From: a virus
Length of the DNA stretch: 64,000 nucleotides
Reading direction: 5' to 3' (one strand)
Virus record (IMG/VR): IMGVR_UViG_3300045988_177920
Coordinates: 30,051 to 94,050 of that record
The notes under the pieces are model-generated. The model was not told the origin of the DNA and did not search any database. It saw nothing but the letters and a program-made list of their open reading frames with translations. Positions within the stretch are counted from its first letter, which is position 1, and each line of letters starts with the position of its first letter. Position numbers and translations under genes: made by a program. Below, piece after piece: positions 43,477-51,950 of the stretch.

Positions 43477-43496
43477 ACATTAGGATTCGAACCTAA
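43472..43496 (-). pseudogene. tRNA 3'-half fragment (T arm plus 3' acceptor strand only)
   Basis: The minus strand reads UUAGG-UUCGAAU-CCUAA then UGUAUCUA. I found no complementary 5' acceptor strand or anticodon arm upstream. Confidence 0.45.
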
Positions 43497-43888
43497 ATCT
43501 CTATTATGATTGTAATGGCTAACAAACAAAATCAAAACTAAACTTAAAAGTAACAATTAAATAATGAGTAACATAATAGTGTTTTACCTTTTAGTACCTC
43601 TGTACTATCTTAAACTATGTATCCAGACACCTTCTTTCGAAGGATAAACACTATTTTCACAAACAATGTTTATATAACCAATTAGAATGTTGGCATCATT
43701 CTAAAGATTCAAACAAACCTAATGTGTTTCACCTTTTTAGTAAAGTAGGAACTACAGTAAGTTATGAACTTACTTCTTTCTTATACTTTACGCATTTTTC
43801 ACGTAAGCATATAAGAATGTTTTAACACATAAACTATATAGTTCTTATATTCATATTACCACATGTCTTTATTTTATGGCGCTACATA

Positions 43889-44365
43889 TTAATAGGTATC
43901 CATAACATCTACAATATCTGCATTGTAGAGATCCATTTCATACTTTCTTTTTTCATAGTCCAACTCATCTCTTAAGTCTTCTATGTGCTTTTGTATGAAA
44001 GCTACCCCTTCTTCTAAAGATGTTCTGTCTCCGTTGTAAGGTATATTCAGATATCCTTCTATGTAGTCTATTATCTTTGAAGTAGCTTTGTAGACAGCTT
44101 CTTTAGATACATTTGGGTATTTTTTGAGAGGTTTATTGTATATATCTGCATATACTTTTAGTATGTAGTTACATATGATTTCCTCTCTTGATGGAGTACG
44201 TTTATTTAGTTCCCCCTTTTTAGAGTAGTACTCTATTTTTATCGCGTCTTTAGAGTTTTTGAGAATCTCTTTTGCTTGAAATTCTCCTTCCTCTTCTGTT
44301 CTTACTTTTCTTGTACAGATTGTGTTCTTTCCATCTGCTGTTGTCATCTTGTAAATGTAGTCCAT
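43889..44365 (-). CDS. Hypothetical protein
   Basis: Intact track ORF immediately downstream of tRNA-Leu. Confidence 0.65.
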   Translation of the reverse strand: MDYIYKMTTADGKNTICTRKVRTEEEGEFQAKEILKNSKDAIKIEYYSKKGELNKRTPSREEIICNYILKVYADIYNKPLKKYPNVSKEAVYKATSKIIDYIEGYLNIPYNGDRTSLEEGVAFIQKHIEDLRDELDYEKRKYEMDLYNADIVDVMDTY

Positions 44366-44398
44366 TTTGTTTTTGTTTTAAGTTAATAATGTTAGTTG

Positions 44399-44484
44399 TA
44401 CCCCCAGTGGGACTTGAACCCACACAGCCTATAATGGCCAACAGATTTTAAGTCTGTCTTGTCTACCTATTCCAACATAGGGGC
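44399..44484 (-). tRNA. tRNA-Leu (anticodon UAA), class II
   Basis: 86 nt: acceptor GCCCCUA/UGGGGGU, anticodon arm ACAGA-CUUAAAA-UCUGU, a long variable arm, and T arm GUGGG-UUCAAGU-CCCAC. Confidence 0.85.
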
Positions 44485-44495
44485 TTATTTTTATG

Positions 44496-44527
44496 CAAAA
44501 TTATATATAATTTACATAATATGCAAA
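44496..44527 (-). promoter_or_regulatory. Bacteroidota-type promoter driving tRNA-Leu
   Basis: On the minus strand, TTTG (44524-44527) is followed after 20 nt by TAATTTTG (44496-44503), ending 11 nt before the tRNA 5' end. Confidence 0.6.
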
Positions 44528-44865
44528 TAAAAATCGAAGTAAAAGAGGAGTTAATGGTGTGTAAAAAAAGCTATAAATTACCTTATCCCATTAATTTTTA
44601 ATTGGTACACCGCAAACCCCGGAAGTGTGGAGGGGAGTGAGGGCATCTGTAACCTACTGATATTCAATAACATAACCCACACATATACCAAGGTTGGTCT
44701 CATAAATTTGGTAATTTATCAATTTATTATATTGGTGATAAACCAATAAAAAGTATAATATAATAGGTAATTTACCAATATAAAGTAATGATATTATTAT
44801 TAATTAATGTAAATAGTAATTAATAAATATTAATATCAATATAAACTTGGATGAGCGAGGTGACT

Positions 44866-44906
44866 GAAAAAAAATACCCTCCCAGGAATTACTCCCAGGA
44901 GGGTAT
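44866..44906 (-). terminator. Intrinsic terminator
   Basis: ATACCCTCC (44874-44882) pairs with GGAGGGTAT (44898-44906). A T8 run follows on the minus strand, after the stop at 44926. Confidence 0.7.
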
Positions 44907-44925
44907 GCAGGGGAAGGAGAGTTAA

Positions 44926-45216
44926 TTATTCTCCTTCAAGGATACGAAGAATATCATCCTCACCTGTCTTGGACAAGGTGAGTTTCTTCATTGTATGCAG
45001 GTCAAGAACATCCCCTACCTTGGCTGCACTCTGTGTAGCCATGGGGACATAGATCTTCTCTCCGCTGTGCATCAAGAAGCAACAGCTTAGCCCATACTGA
45101 GAATCCACAACAGTGGCTTTCTCAAAGGCGTTGAGTTCCTCTTGACTGAGGTTTTCAGTGGAGTCGAGATTCCAAGAACCTGCATAGACTTTTTCGCTAA
45201 GAATTGACTTAGACAT
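44926..45216 (-). CDS. Hypothetical protein (96 aa)
   Basis: Track ORF 44926-45294 trimmed to the internal MSKSILSEK start. The upstream part looks non-coding and structured. Confidence 0.55.
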   Translation of the reverse strand: MSKSILSEKVYAGSWNLDSTENLSQEELNAFEKATVVDSQYGLSCCFLMHSGEKIYVPMATQSAAKVGDVLDLHTMKKLTLSKTGEDDILRILEGE

Positions 45217-45344
45217 GATAGTATACGGTTTACCTATACACCATAAGGTTTTAAGTGAAAAGATATGGAAGGTGGCTGAACCTCTCATTGGCAACCTTGC
45301 CTTCCAAGCATGGGGAACCAGTGACCTGCACGCGCAAGCGGGCA

Positions 45345-45385
45345 GAAAAAAATAATACCCTCAAGGAGTTTCCTCCTCAAGGGTA
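45345..45385 (-). terminator. Intrinsic terminator
   Basis: A 12-bp stem, ACCCTCAAGGAG/CTCCTCAAGGGT, with 2 mismatches and a TTTC loop. ATTATTTTTTT follows on the minus strand. Confidence 0.6.
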
Positions 45386-45437
45386 CTATTGTATAGGATG
45401 TATTACTTATTTATGTAATGCATACGTTCGCTGATGT

Positions 45438-45653
45438 TTAGTATTCTTCCGCTTCAAGTTCTTCGTAGATTTGCCTTTCAAGGTCAGCTTCTTCTTTACG
45501 AAGTTCTTCGAGTTTCTTTGATACTTCTTCCAGCTTTTCTTCTAGGTAGCTATAGATGAGTCCTTGCTGCATTATATCAAAACGCAGATCGCTAAGTTTT
45601 TCTTCTTTATCCATTATTTTAGATATTTGATTATAGCTATGATAACTATACAC
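45438..45653 (-). CDS. Hypothetical coiled-coil protein
   Basis: Track ORF rich in E/K heptads. The start may be the internal MDKEEK at 45614. Confidence 0.55.
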   Translation of the reverse strand: MYSYHSYNQISKIMDKEEKLSDLRFDIMQQGLIYSYLEEKLEEVSKKLEELRKEEADLERQIYEELEAEEY

Positions 45654-45666
45654 TTTATTCTATATA

Positions 45667-45921
45667 TCAACAACATATCATTATACTATTCATGTTGAAG
45701 ATGCACATCCCAACAGCTTTATATAAAGCAGGAAGGTCCTCTATGCTGTTGAGGGTTATGTAGCTGGTTTGATCACAACAGAGTTGCACAGCTTCTTCCA
45801 TCTCGTCTTGGTTTACATCCTGAATGTTAAACCCTGCGTTTGTTAGTTTTGCTTTGGTCTCTTCTGAAAGACATTTTGTGAGATCCCATTCAAGGGATTC
45901 TTGGAAGATTAAATACTTCAT
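45667..45921 (-). CDS. Hypothetical protein
   Basis: Intact track ORF in the GC-richer block. Confidence 0.6.
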   Translation of the reverse strand: MKYLIFQESLEWDLTKCLSEETKAKLTNAGFNIQDVNQDEMEEAVQLCCDQTSYITLNSIEDLPALYKAVGMCIFNMNSIMICC

Positions 45922-45937
45922 TGTTGTTGGTTTTTAT

Positions 45938-46252
45938 TTATTGTTCTAGATATTTGATTATAGATTCCATATAGCATATGGGAAGTGTTATTCCCCAATG
46001 CTCATCAACCTGCTCTCCCTGCCTTATTACAAGCAGGTCAAAGCACCTGCCATTTGAGTATGGGGTGCTAAGGTAGAACATATATCCCAGATGTGCCTTT
46101 GTGGCATAGATATGGCCTCCTAGTTTAAAGGCCATACCTTGAATAGGATACAGGCTATTTGCGAAGAGAGTGTTGGGCTTGTTTGCCAGAATGGAGAAGA
46201 TGAGGAGGAAGAAAGAACGTTTTATATCCATGATTATTTGAAGGTTCCACAC
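45938..46252 (-). CDS. Hypothetical protein with signal-peptide-like N-terminus
   Basis: Track ORF. MDIKRSFFLLIFSILA begins at an internal Met (46231). Confidence 0.55.
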   Translation of the reverse strand: MWNLQIIMDIKRSFFLLIFSILANKPNTLFANSLYPIQGMAFKLGGHIYATKAHLGYMFYLSTPYSNGRCFDLLVIRQGEQVDEHWGITLPICYMESIIKYLEQ

Positions 46253-46299
46253 AAGAGCAGCCTACAAGCTTTAGTTAATAATCAAGTTTAGTTAGACAA

Positions 46300-46608
46300 T
46301 CAAGATATAGGAGAGAGTAATTTTAAATCCTCTCTTTTAATACCTAGCTCTTGACTAAGAAGAGCTGCTCTCATAATATTTGTATGAGAGATGAACTCTT
46401 TACAGGAGCTAATAACTCTGATAACAGCTATTGCTGCATCTTTCTTAATTCTCAATTTTATGATGTCTACAGAAGATACTGTTCCCAATGTTGCAGTTTG
46501 GACAGGAGAGTATATACTCATACTATCTATCTCATCTAGACTATTGCATATACAATAATTGATGGATTCAACTGTAAAGAAGCTTCCATTTACTTTTATA
46601 AGTTTCAT
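46300..46608 (-). CDS. Hypothetical protein
   Basis: Intact track ORF. Confidence 0.55.
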   Translation of the reverse strand: MKLIKVNGSFFTVESINYCICNSLDEIDSMSIYSPVQTATLGTVSSVDIIKLRIKKDAAIAVIRVISSCKEFISHTNIMRAALLSQELGIKREDLKLLSPIS

Positions 46609-46625
46609 ACAAGCTTTAGGTTAGG

Positions 46626-46898
46626 TTATCGTTTGTTGTTTTTATCGAAGTGTGTATATACAGGAACTTCGTTTATAGCGTATCCTGAAAAATCAGGAAC
46701 TTCTTCAACCGTGAGGTCATCGAAGTCATCACCATATTTAGGTGAAACACATGTTTTTAAGAGGTATTCTGCATGTTTAATGCACTCCTCTTTTGTTGTG
46801 TAGAGTGGGGTTTCAACGTTTATAACGGGATCCCATTCTGCATTGATCATACATGCTTTGTATAGAACCATATATGGTTCATTCATTGTTTTGTTCAT
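46626..46898 (-). CDS. Hypothetical protein
   Basis: Intact track ORF. Confidence 0.6.
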   Translation of the reverse strand: MNKTMNEPYMVLYKACMINAEWDPVINVETPLYTTKEECIKHAEYLLKTCVSPKYGDDFDDLTVEEVPDFSGYAINEVPVYTHFDKNNKR

Positions 46899-47472
46899 CG
46901 TATTTAAGTGCTAGTATGTTTTGATGAAAGTATACTTGTCCTTCTAATATACCTCTTCTTTGGCATTCCTTTTCTGCCAAAAACTCTGCCTTTATATAGC
47001 AGATGTCGCAGAACTCCTCTAAGGTCATTTTAGGGATTTGAGGTATGGGAAGATTGAGATATCGATACAACCATAGAACATCCGCTTTGAATGTGTTTAT
47101 TGCGGATTCAAGAAACCAGTGAAGGTGAATTATATCACCTTTATCCTGGTTATATCTATACCCATAAAGGGCTTCTGCCTCTGGTAGAATGGCCTTCATA
47201 GCCATTAAAGTGCTGCTGTAGCGGTATTTATACTCCGACCATTCAAATCCGTGTAGAATTGAAGCTCCTGTCCATATAGAGATTATCTCATTGAGTCTCT
47301 GCACTTTGTCTAAGTCAGTTACTTTGTTTTCTATGGTGTAACTGACTTCCAACACGTCATCATGCTGTGTGAGTCGGATGGCCTCTTCTTTCACCTCCTC
47401 CATATATAGAGCTCCTTTGGAGAAAGTGTCAACCTTTCCGTTTGTATATAGTACATTATATTTTGCTTTCAT
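46879..47472 (-). CDS. Hypothetical protein
   Basis: Intact track ORF. Confidence 0.65.
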   Translation of the reverse strand: MKAKYNVLYTNGKVDTFSKGALYMEEVKEEAIRLTQHDDVLEVSYTIENKVTDLDKVQRLNEIISIWTGASILHGFEWSEYKYRYSSTLMAMKAILPEAEALYGYRYNQDKGDIIHLHWFLESAINTFKADVLWLYRYLNLPIPQIPKMTLEEFCDICYIKAEFLAEKECQRRGILEGQVYFHQNILALKYDEQNNE

Positions 47473-47737
47473 ATATCACCATTTTAAGAGTTTTAGATTC
47501 TTTTTTCATGTTCTCTATGGTGGCTTTATCAGCCTTGCAGAGTACCCTGGGATCTACAAAATATATCCCTTGGTATTCTGTGATGAAGTGGACTTCATAT
47601 GGGTAGTTTGTTTGTATTGCTGCCCATGTATAGAATTGCCCACCATTAGGATGGTTTGGTGTTGCCACCAACATTTTTAGATTGTAGGTGATGCCATTAA
47701 TGATGGCTATACACCTTCCATTTGTTTTGTTTTCCAT
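47456..47737 (-). CDS. Hypothetical protein
   Basis: Intact track ORF. Confidence 0.6.
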   Translation of the reverse strand: MENKTNGRCIAIINGITYNLKMLVATPNHPNGGQFYTWAAIQTNYPYEVHFITEYQGIYFVDPRVLCKADKATIENMKKESKTLKMVIYESKI

Positions 47738-47811
47738 TGTTGTTATGTGTTTTAAGTGAAGCCTTCCCTTTAAGAACTAGAGAACTTAGGAAGGCATTAG
47801 TTCTGTGATGA

Positions 47812-48090
47812 TCAGTCTTCGTAGAACCACCAACTAAAGAGTAGCCCACGTCTCTTAAGCTCCCTAAATATAGGAGCTATAAAGTGGGTTCTCCAGTTGC
47901 GTGTTCTCCTCATTAAGTTTAGACAGTTTATGAGGTGATAGTCTGACATTTCAGAGAGATGTAATTTCTCTCCTTTTTTTGTTACCCAAATAGGGTCATC
48001 TGAAAACTTTGCCATTGTATTTAGTTTTAGATGTAGTAGTATGTGTTGACTTATACAAAGCCCTGATGGGCCCATACTATTTAAGCCCAT
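47812..48090 (-). CDS. Hypothetical protein
   Basis: Track ORF. The likely start is the internal MAKFSDDP at 48015. Confidence 0.55.
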   Translation of the reverse strand: MGLNSMGPSGLCISQHILLHLKLNTMAKFSDDPIWVTKKGEKLHLSEMSDYHLINCLNLMRRTRNWRTHFIAPIFRELKRRGLLFSWWFYED

Positions 48091-48109
48091 CAGGTGAATT
48101 TCTTAGAAC

Positions 48110-48352
48110 TTAAGAGCAGAAGTATTCGTACATACATTCTTCTCTAGTAAGATCCTCGAGTGCTAACTCATAGTAGTCCAGAGCATTAGAAAGCTCCCGC
48201 TCTATTTGTTTCAGCTCATCATGCTTCTCCACGTGTTCTTGTGGAGTGATTTTTTGCAGGTGATGGATTTTCTCAAGATGTTTATTGAGGTCCTCTACAG
48301 CTGCTTTGGTCTCCTTGATATTCTCTTGGAGCTTTTCATAATATTCACACAT
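48110..48352 (-). CDS. Hypothetical protein
   Basis: Intact track ORF. Confidence 0.6.
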   Translation of the reverse strand: MCEYYEKLQENIKETKAAVEDLNKHLEKIHHLQKITPQEHVEKHDELKQIERELSNALDYYELALEDLTREECMYEYFCS

Positions 48353-48614
48353 ATCGTTTTAGGTTATATAGATGGGATTTAAGGAACAATTCATCTACCC
48401 CATCTTGGTTTAACATGTATATTGTATATTTCCTTGAAAGCCTTACTAATGTAGGCCATTCAGTGATTTTCATGTTATAAAGAAGCTCTAGCTCCTCGCG
48501 CATTTCATAGATATCCCATGTAGAGAGATTTTCTTGGGAAACTCTATGATCGAATACTTCTTGAGCCATGTGGATTGTGAAATCCAACAAGAACTCATAA
48601 AACCCTTTTTCCAT
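48345..48614 (-). CDS. Hypothetical protein
   Basis: Intact track ORF with an 8-nt overlap. Confidence 0.6.
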   Translation of the reverse strand: MEKGFYEFLLDFTIHMAQEVFDHRVSQENLSTWDIYEMREELELLYNMKITEWPTLVRLSRKYTIYMLNQDGVDELFLKSHLYNLKRYV

Positions 48615-48697
48615 TGTTTTATAGGATTTAAGTGAAACCCCTATTTAAAACTACTCATGTAGAAACTCTAGGAGTACTAGTTTTTTATATGGCTTGG

Positions 48698-49030
48698 TTA
48701 GAAGGGTAAATAGCCCGGTTTTTCATACCATGCTAAGCGCCTTATATCTGGGAAGAAGTGATCTAGTGTCTCATAGGGATCCCCCATTGCTTCATTATAG
48801 AAGTAGGGGACGGATTCTTTCCAGTCTGTGCAGTCTGCTAACAGATGGAAGATATCAGAGAGTTTCTCCATGTAGCCCTCTCTTTCTGAGGGGTCTAGAA
48901 ACTCCCAAGATTCCACCACAAATGGTGAATCCCCATTCCACCATGCCTGAAAGGAATCGTAGGAATGTGCGTGGGTGAAACACATGAAGGATTCTCTGAG
49001 TGTGTAGTAGGCTTCTGTGAAACGTGCCAT
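48698..49030 (-). CDS. Hypothetical protein
   Basis: Intact track ORF, preferred over the antisense ORF 48694-48978. Confidence 0.6.
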   Translation of the reverse strand: MARFTEAYYTLRESFMCFTHAHSYDSFQAWWNGDSPFVVESWEFLDPSEREGYMEKLSDIFHLLADCTDWKESVPYFYNEAMGDPYETLDHFFPDIRRLAWYEKPGYLPF

Positions 49031-49146
49031 TGTGTTGTACTGGTCTTAACAGCTTTATAAGCTTGGGAATACACCCTTACTACCAGGAGGTTTTAGTTAG
49101 AATTAAGTTAATGAGGAGTAGAGGTGAAGAGAGAGGAGAGTGAGTA

Positions 49147-49296
49147 TTAGTCTTCATCCTCGCCATCCCAAATGTGGAGTATGAAGTTTTGAAACTTCTC
49201 CCACATGGGTGTGGATTCCAGGATGAATATGACTCCTCCTAAGATTGCCATTATAAGCAATACTGTGAGGAGACACATAACATCGAATGTTTCCAT
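49147..49296 (-). CDS. Mini membrane protein (49 aa), paralog of 51410-51583
   Basis: Manual translation gives METFDVMCLLTVLLIMAILGGVIFILESTPMWEKFQNFILHIWDGEDED. It shares LLIM..G.VF.(L/V)(E/D).(T/L)PMW(E/Q)K with the other mini-ORF. Confidence 0.45.
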   Translation of the reverse strand: METFDVMCLLTVLLIMAILGGVIFILESTPMWEKFQNFILHIWDGEDED

Positions 49297-49388
49297 AGAT
49301 GCAGTGTTTTAGGTGATAATGTGTGATATACTTTAAAAAGCCACCATTATAACACATTATATAATATAATGGTGTGAAATATATTTGC

Positions 49389-49424
49389 TTTTTGTCTATA
49401 ACCTTGAGAAGCATAACTCAAGGT
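49389..49424 (-). repeat. Conserved intergenic hairpin element, copy 1
   Basis: Plus strand reads TTTTTGTCTATA + ACCTTGAG + AAGCATAA + CTCAAGGT (8-bp stem). Confidence 0.6.
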
Positions 49425-49427
49425 GAA

Positions 49428-49979
49428 TTATTGATATAATTCTATCCAGCTCCAACGCTGTACGCGGCCTCTGGATAGTTCTATTATCTCCTTTCTGAGA
49501 AAGAGATACCCTTCTTGTAGGGTCCACCCATTTAATGTAACCCTCCCAGTTCTGGGGTATATCTTATATCCCTTATAAATGATGGCGTCATAATAACCCC
49601 ATCTGAGGTTTTCAAACACCTTTTTTAGGGCACTACTTGGGTTATCCCCAAAGATGCCCTCTTCATCCCAGTGCACTACTGGGAAAAGCCGCCTCATTAT
49701 TAGGGTGGCCACTTTTCTTGGGATATGACAGTCATTCCTATATATAGGAATGAGGGTATCTTTTCTGGCCTCACAGGCCTTTTTGTAGTACCTGTAATTG
49801 AGGGCTTCTAGTCCTCTCAGGTATGTACTTCTAAAGGAGCTTAACTGCTCCTTTGTTACATCCTCATACCTTATAGGTAGAGTGATGGTCTCTATGCGAT
49901 GCACAGGATGCCCCCATCCATCTATATAGTTAACTTCACGTGTAACACTCTCATATTGTCGTTGGTATTTTGCTTCCAT
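49428..49979 (-). CDS. Hypothetical protein
   Basis: Intact track ORF. Confidence 0.65.
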   Translation of the reverse strand: MEAKYQRQYESVTREVNYIDGWGHPVHRIETITLPIRYEDVTKEQLSSFRSTYLRGLEALNYRYYKKACEARKDTLIPIYRNDCHIPRKVATLIMRRLFPVVHWDEEGIFGDNPSSALKKVFENLRWGYYDAIIYKGYKIYPRTGRVTLNGWTLQEGYLFLRKEIIELSRGRVQRWSWIELYQ

Positions 49980-50064
49980 GATTATATGTATTAGGAAGTG
50001 AATATCCTCTTTAAGACCACTCTTGTGGGAACTTGAGGATGTATAAGTTCTTTATTTGTGTGTG

Positions 50065-50102
50065 CTTTTTTGTCTAAACTTTAGGAAAGCATAAACCCAA
50101 AG
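50065..50102 (-). repeat. Conserved intergenic hairpin element, copy 2
   Basis: Plus strand reads TTTTTTGTCTAA + ACTTTAGG + AAAGCATAAA + CCCAAAGT (one mismatch in the stem). Confidence 0.6.
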
Positions 50103-50115
50103 TTGCTACATAGTG

Positions 50116-50391
50116 CTAGACCTTAAAGAGGTCTTTAAGTGCATCTGTAGCATCTGAGGCTGCCAAATAATACTCCTTGTTGGCCTTTTTGCGGTCTTCA
50201 GGAGTCCCCTCTATATAAGCATTAAAACTCTTAAAACTGCAGCGTATTACAGGTTGCAGTATTTTAAGTACAGAGTCTGCCTGCTTATCATTACCTCCGC
50301 AAATGTTGAGAACTTCATTCTCAAACTGAGATTCGCTCCAACAAGTTACGAAGAATCCTACAGCCTCTAGCAACATATTTATTTGTTGCAT
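50116..50391 (-). CDS. Hypothetical protein
   Basis: Intact track ORF. Confidence 0.6.
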   Translation of the reverse strand: MQQINMLLEAVGFFVTCWSESQFENEVLNICGGNDKQADSVLKILQPVIRCSFKSFNAYIEGTPEDRKKANKEYYLAASDATDALKDLFKV

Positions 50392-50441
50392 ATAGATAGA
50401 ATTAATTGTTAATAAATACTATTAATACTCTCTAGAACTGC

Positions 50442-50476
50442 CTTTTGTCTATAGGTTTAGATGACATAACTAAACC
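50442..50476 (-). repeat. Conserved intergenic hairpin element, copy 3
   Basis: Plus strand reads CTTTTGTCTATA + GGTTTAG + ATGACATAA + CTAAACC. Confidence 0.6.
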
Positions 50477-50577
50477 ATATGAGGAACTTAGTGATAAGCC
50501 CCAACACCACGTCAAGGTGTTCCTCTTGTTGGGGAACCCACACCTATTACCCCCTATAGGTGTGGACAGTTGGAATG

Positions 50578-51276
50578 CTAAATAATCTCAACAGAGATTA
50601 TTTTGTGCATCCTCACCCATGAATAGTCTCTCCTTTTTAGCAGAGAGAACACCTCTTCGGTGTTCAGGAGGATGTGTCTCATGGTTTCCCCTACATCTTC
50701 TGTAGGGATCTCTAGTTTCCATTCACTTCCTCCAGTATGGAGGGTTAAGATAGAAGTATTCCTCCCTCTTTCTATGTTCATTCCTCGCCATGTATGGCAA
50801 GAGTAATTGAATGATGGGGTATATTCCCTACCCTCAAATGGATATGCGTCTCTCCATTGAGTGTAATAGGGCTTTCCTATGATTTTATCTCTTTCGAACT
50901 CTATGAGTCCGAAAGGAGGATTTTTAATTATAATTTTAGGTTTCCCTAATTTTATTTTATATTCTCGGTAGTCTTCCCCCCAATCAACAGGGATGACCAT
51001 GAACTCATTGCTTATAGACAATGAGTTTCTCTCTTTGCCATCAACTTCGGTGTATGGCATTGTTTTCACCCTCTTTTCCCTAACAAGGAGGAGTGTGTGA
51101 AATGGAGCCCCAGGCTCCAGTACATCATTTACGAGGGACATCCCTCTTAAGGCCCTGTAAAGCTTAAGGGCCACATCGCATCGGAGGTTGTCGGGGATTT
51201 TCTTGAAGTTGACAAGGACCCCATTTATGTTATACAACATTCCGGTAAAATACTTATTTGTCATAGTTGTATACAC
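50578..51276 (-). CDS. Hypothetical protein
   Basis: Intact track ORF. Two strong hairpins follow its stop (CCACACCTAT/ATAGGTGTGG and CCCCAACA/TGTTGGGG, 50500-50570). Confidence 0.65.
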   Translation of the reverse strand: MYTTMTNKYFTGMLYNINGVLVNFKKIPDNLRCDVALKLYRALRGMSLVNDVLEPGAPFHTLLLVREKRVKTMPYTEVDGKERNSLSISNEFMVIPVDWGEDYREYKIKLGKPKIIIKNPPFGLIEFERDKIIGKPYYTQWRDAYPFEGREYTPSFNYSCHTWRGMNIERGRNTSILTLHTGGSEWKLEIPTEDVGETMRHILLNTEEVFSLLKRRDYSWVRMHKIISVEII

Positions 51277-51409
51277 TTTAACCAGTCTAGATAGACTATA
51301 TTCCCAGTGTGAAGGTTTGGGTTAATAAAAAGAAGAGAGAGGAGAATAAGCTGTCTGCCGTTTTATCTACATACAGTTGGGCCGGCAGCCCAACGCTGTG
51401 GTATAACCA

Positions 51410-51583
51410 TTAATCCTTATGGCTTTCCAGCCAAACAAGGATTATGGTTGATATAGCTGCCACTACAAAGAGGGCAGCTATATATCCTTTCTGCCACATA
51501 GGAAGTGTGTCTACCAAGAAGACACAACCTCCCATGATAAGCAGAGAGAATAACACCACAAGTAAAAGTATTAGACGTAGCAT
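51410..51583 (-). CDS. Mini membrane protein (57 aa), paralog of 49147-49296
   Basis: Manual translation gives MLRLILLLVVLFSLLIMGGCVFLVDTLPMWQKGYIAALFVVAAISTIILVWLESHKD, with two hydrophobic helices. Below the track cutoff. Confidence 0.45.
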   Translation of the reverse strand: MLRLILLLVVLFSLLIMGGCVFLVDTLPMWQKGYIAALFVVAAISTIILVWLESHKD

Positions 51584-51744
51584 ACTATTACAATGTTAGT
51601 TTTATTGTGAAACATGTTGACTATAAGGCTGGATAGGCCAGCTCCCTCACTCTTGAAGTAGAGTGAACACTAGCAAGCATTAATTGGGCCATAGCAGTAA
51701 TGTTCGACTGTATGGGCCAGGTGAGGGTATACTGTGATGTATAG

Positions 51745-51792
51745 CCCCCGGGGGGGTATCCCCCCTGCTTGCCAGGGGTGGGGGGGAGTGGG
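51745..51792. other. G/C homopolymer cluster (palindromic C5G7, G6-TAT-C6 hairpin, G-quadruplex-type run)
   Basis: The sequence is cccccgggggggtatcccccctgcttgccaggggtgggggggagtggg. GGGG-T-GGGGGGG-AGT-GGG (51775-51792) satisfies a four-run G3+ pattern. Confidence 0.8.
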
Positions 51793-51815
51793 TAATAATC
51801 CTCAGTTTCTACAAG

Positions 51816-51950
51816 TATAAAAAATTTTTATTAATTTACTTTACTTTCCCTCATCTTTATAAATAAAAAATTTTTATTTTTATAAATCTAAAATCCCCCA
51901 CTTTTATAAAAATAAAAAATTTTATTTTCTAAAATAAAAAATTAAATTTT
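51816..51950. repeat. Array of A6T4-5 palindromic tracts and about 35-bp direct repeats
   Basis: ATAAAAAATTTTTAT-type cores lie at about 51817-51831, 51863-51877, 51912-51925 and 51934-51945. The longer repeat ccctcatctttataaataaaaaatttttattttt matches cccccacttttataaaaataaaaaattttattttc. Confidence 0.75.

Noticed and set aside
44250-44441. The 63-aa track ORF.
   Set aside because: It overlaps tRNA-Leu and the start of 43889-44365, so it is a by-product of the tRNA sequence.
49154-49414. The 86-aa track ORF.
   Set aside because: It has an odd His/Tyr/Cys-rich composition. It overlaps both a conserved intergenic hairpin element and a better-supported 49-aa membrane ORF that has a paralog.
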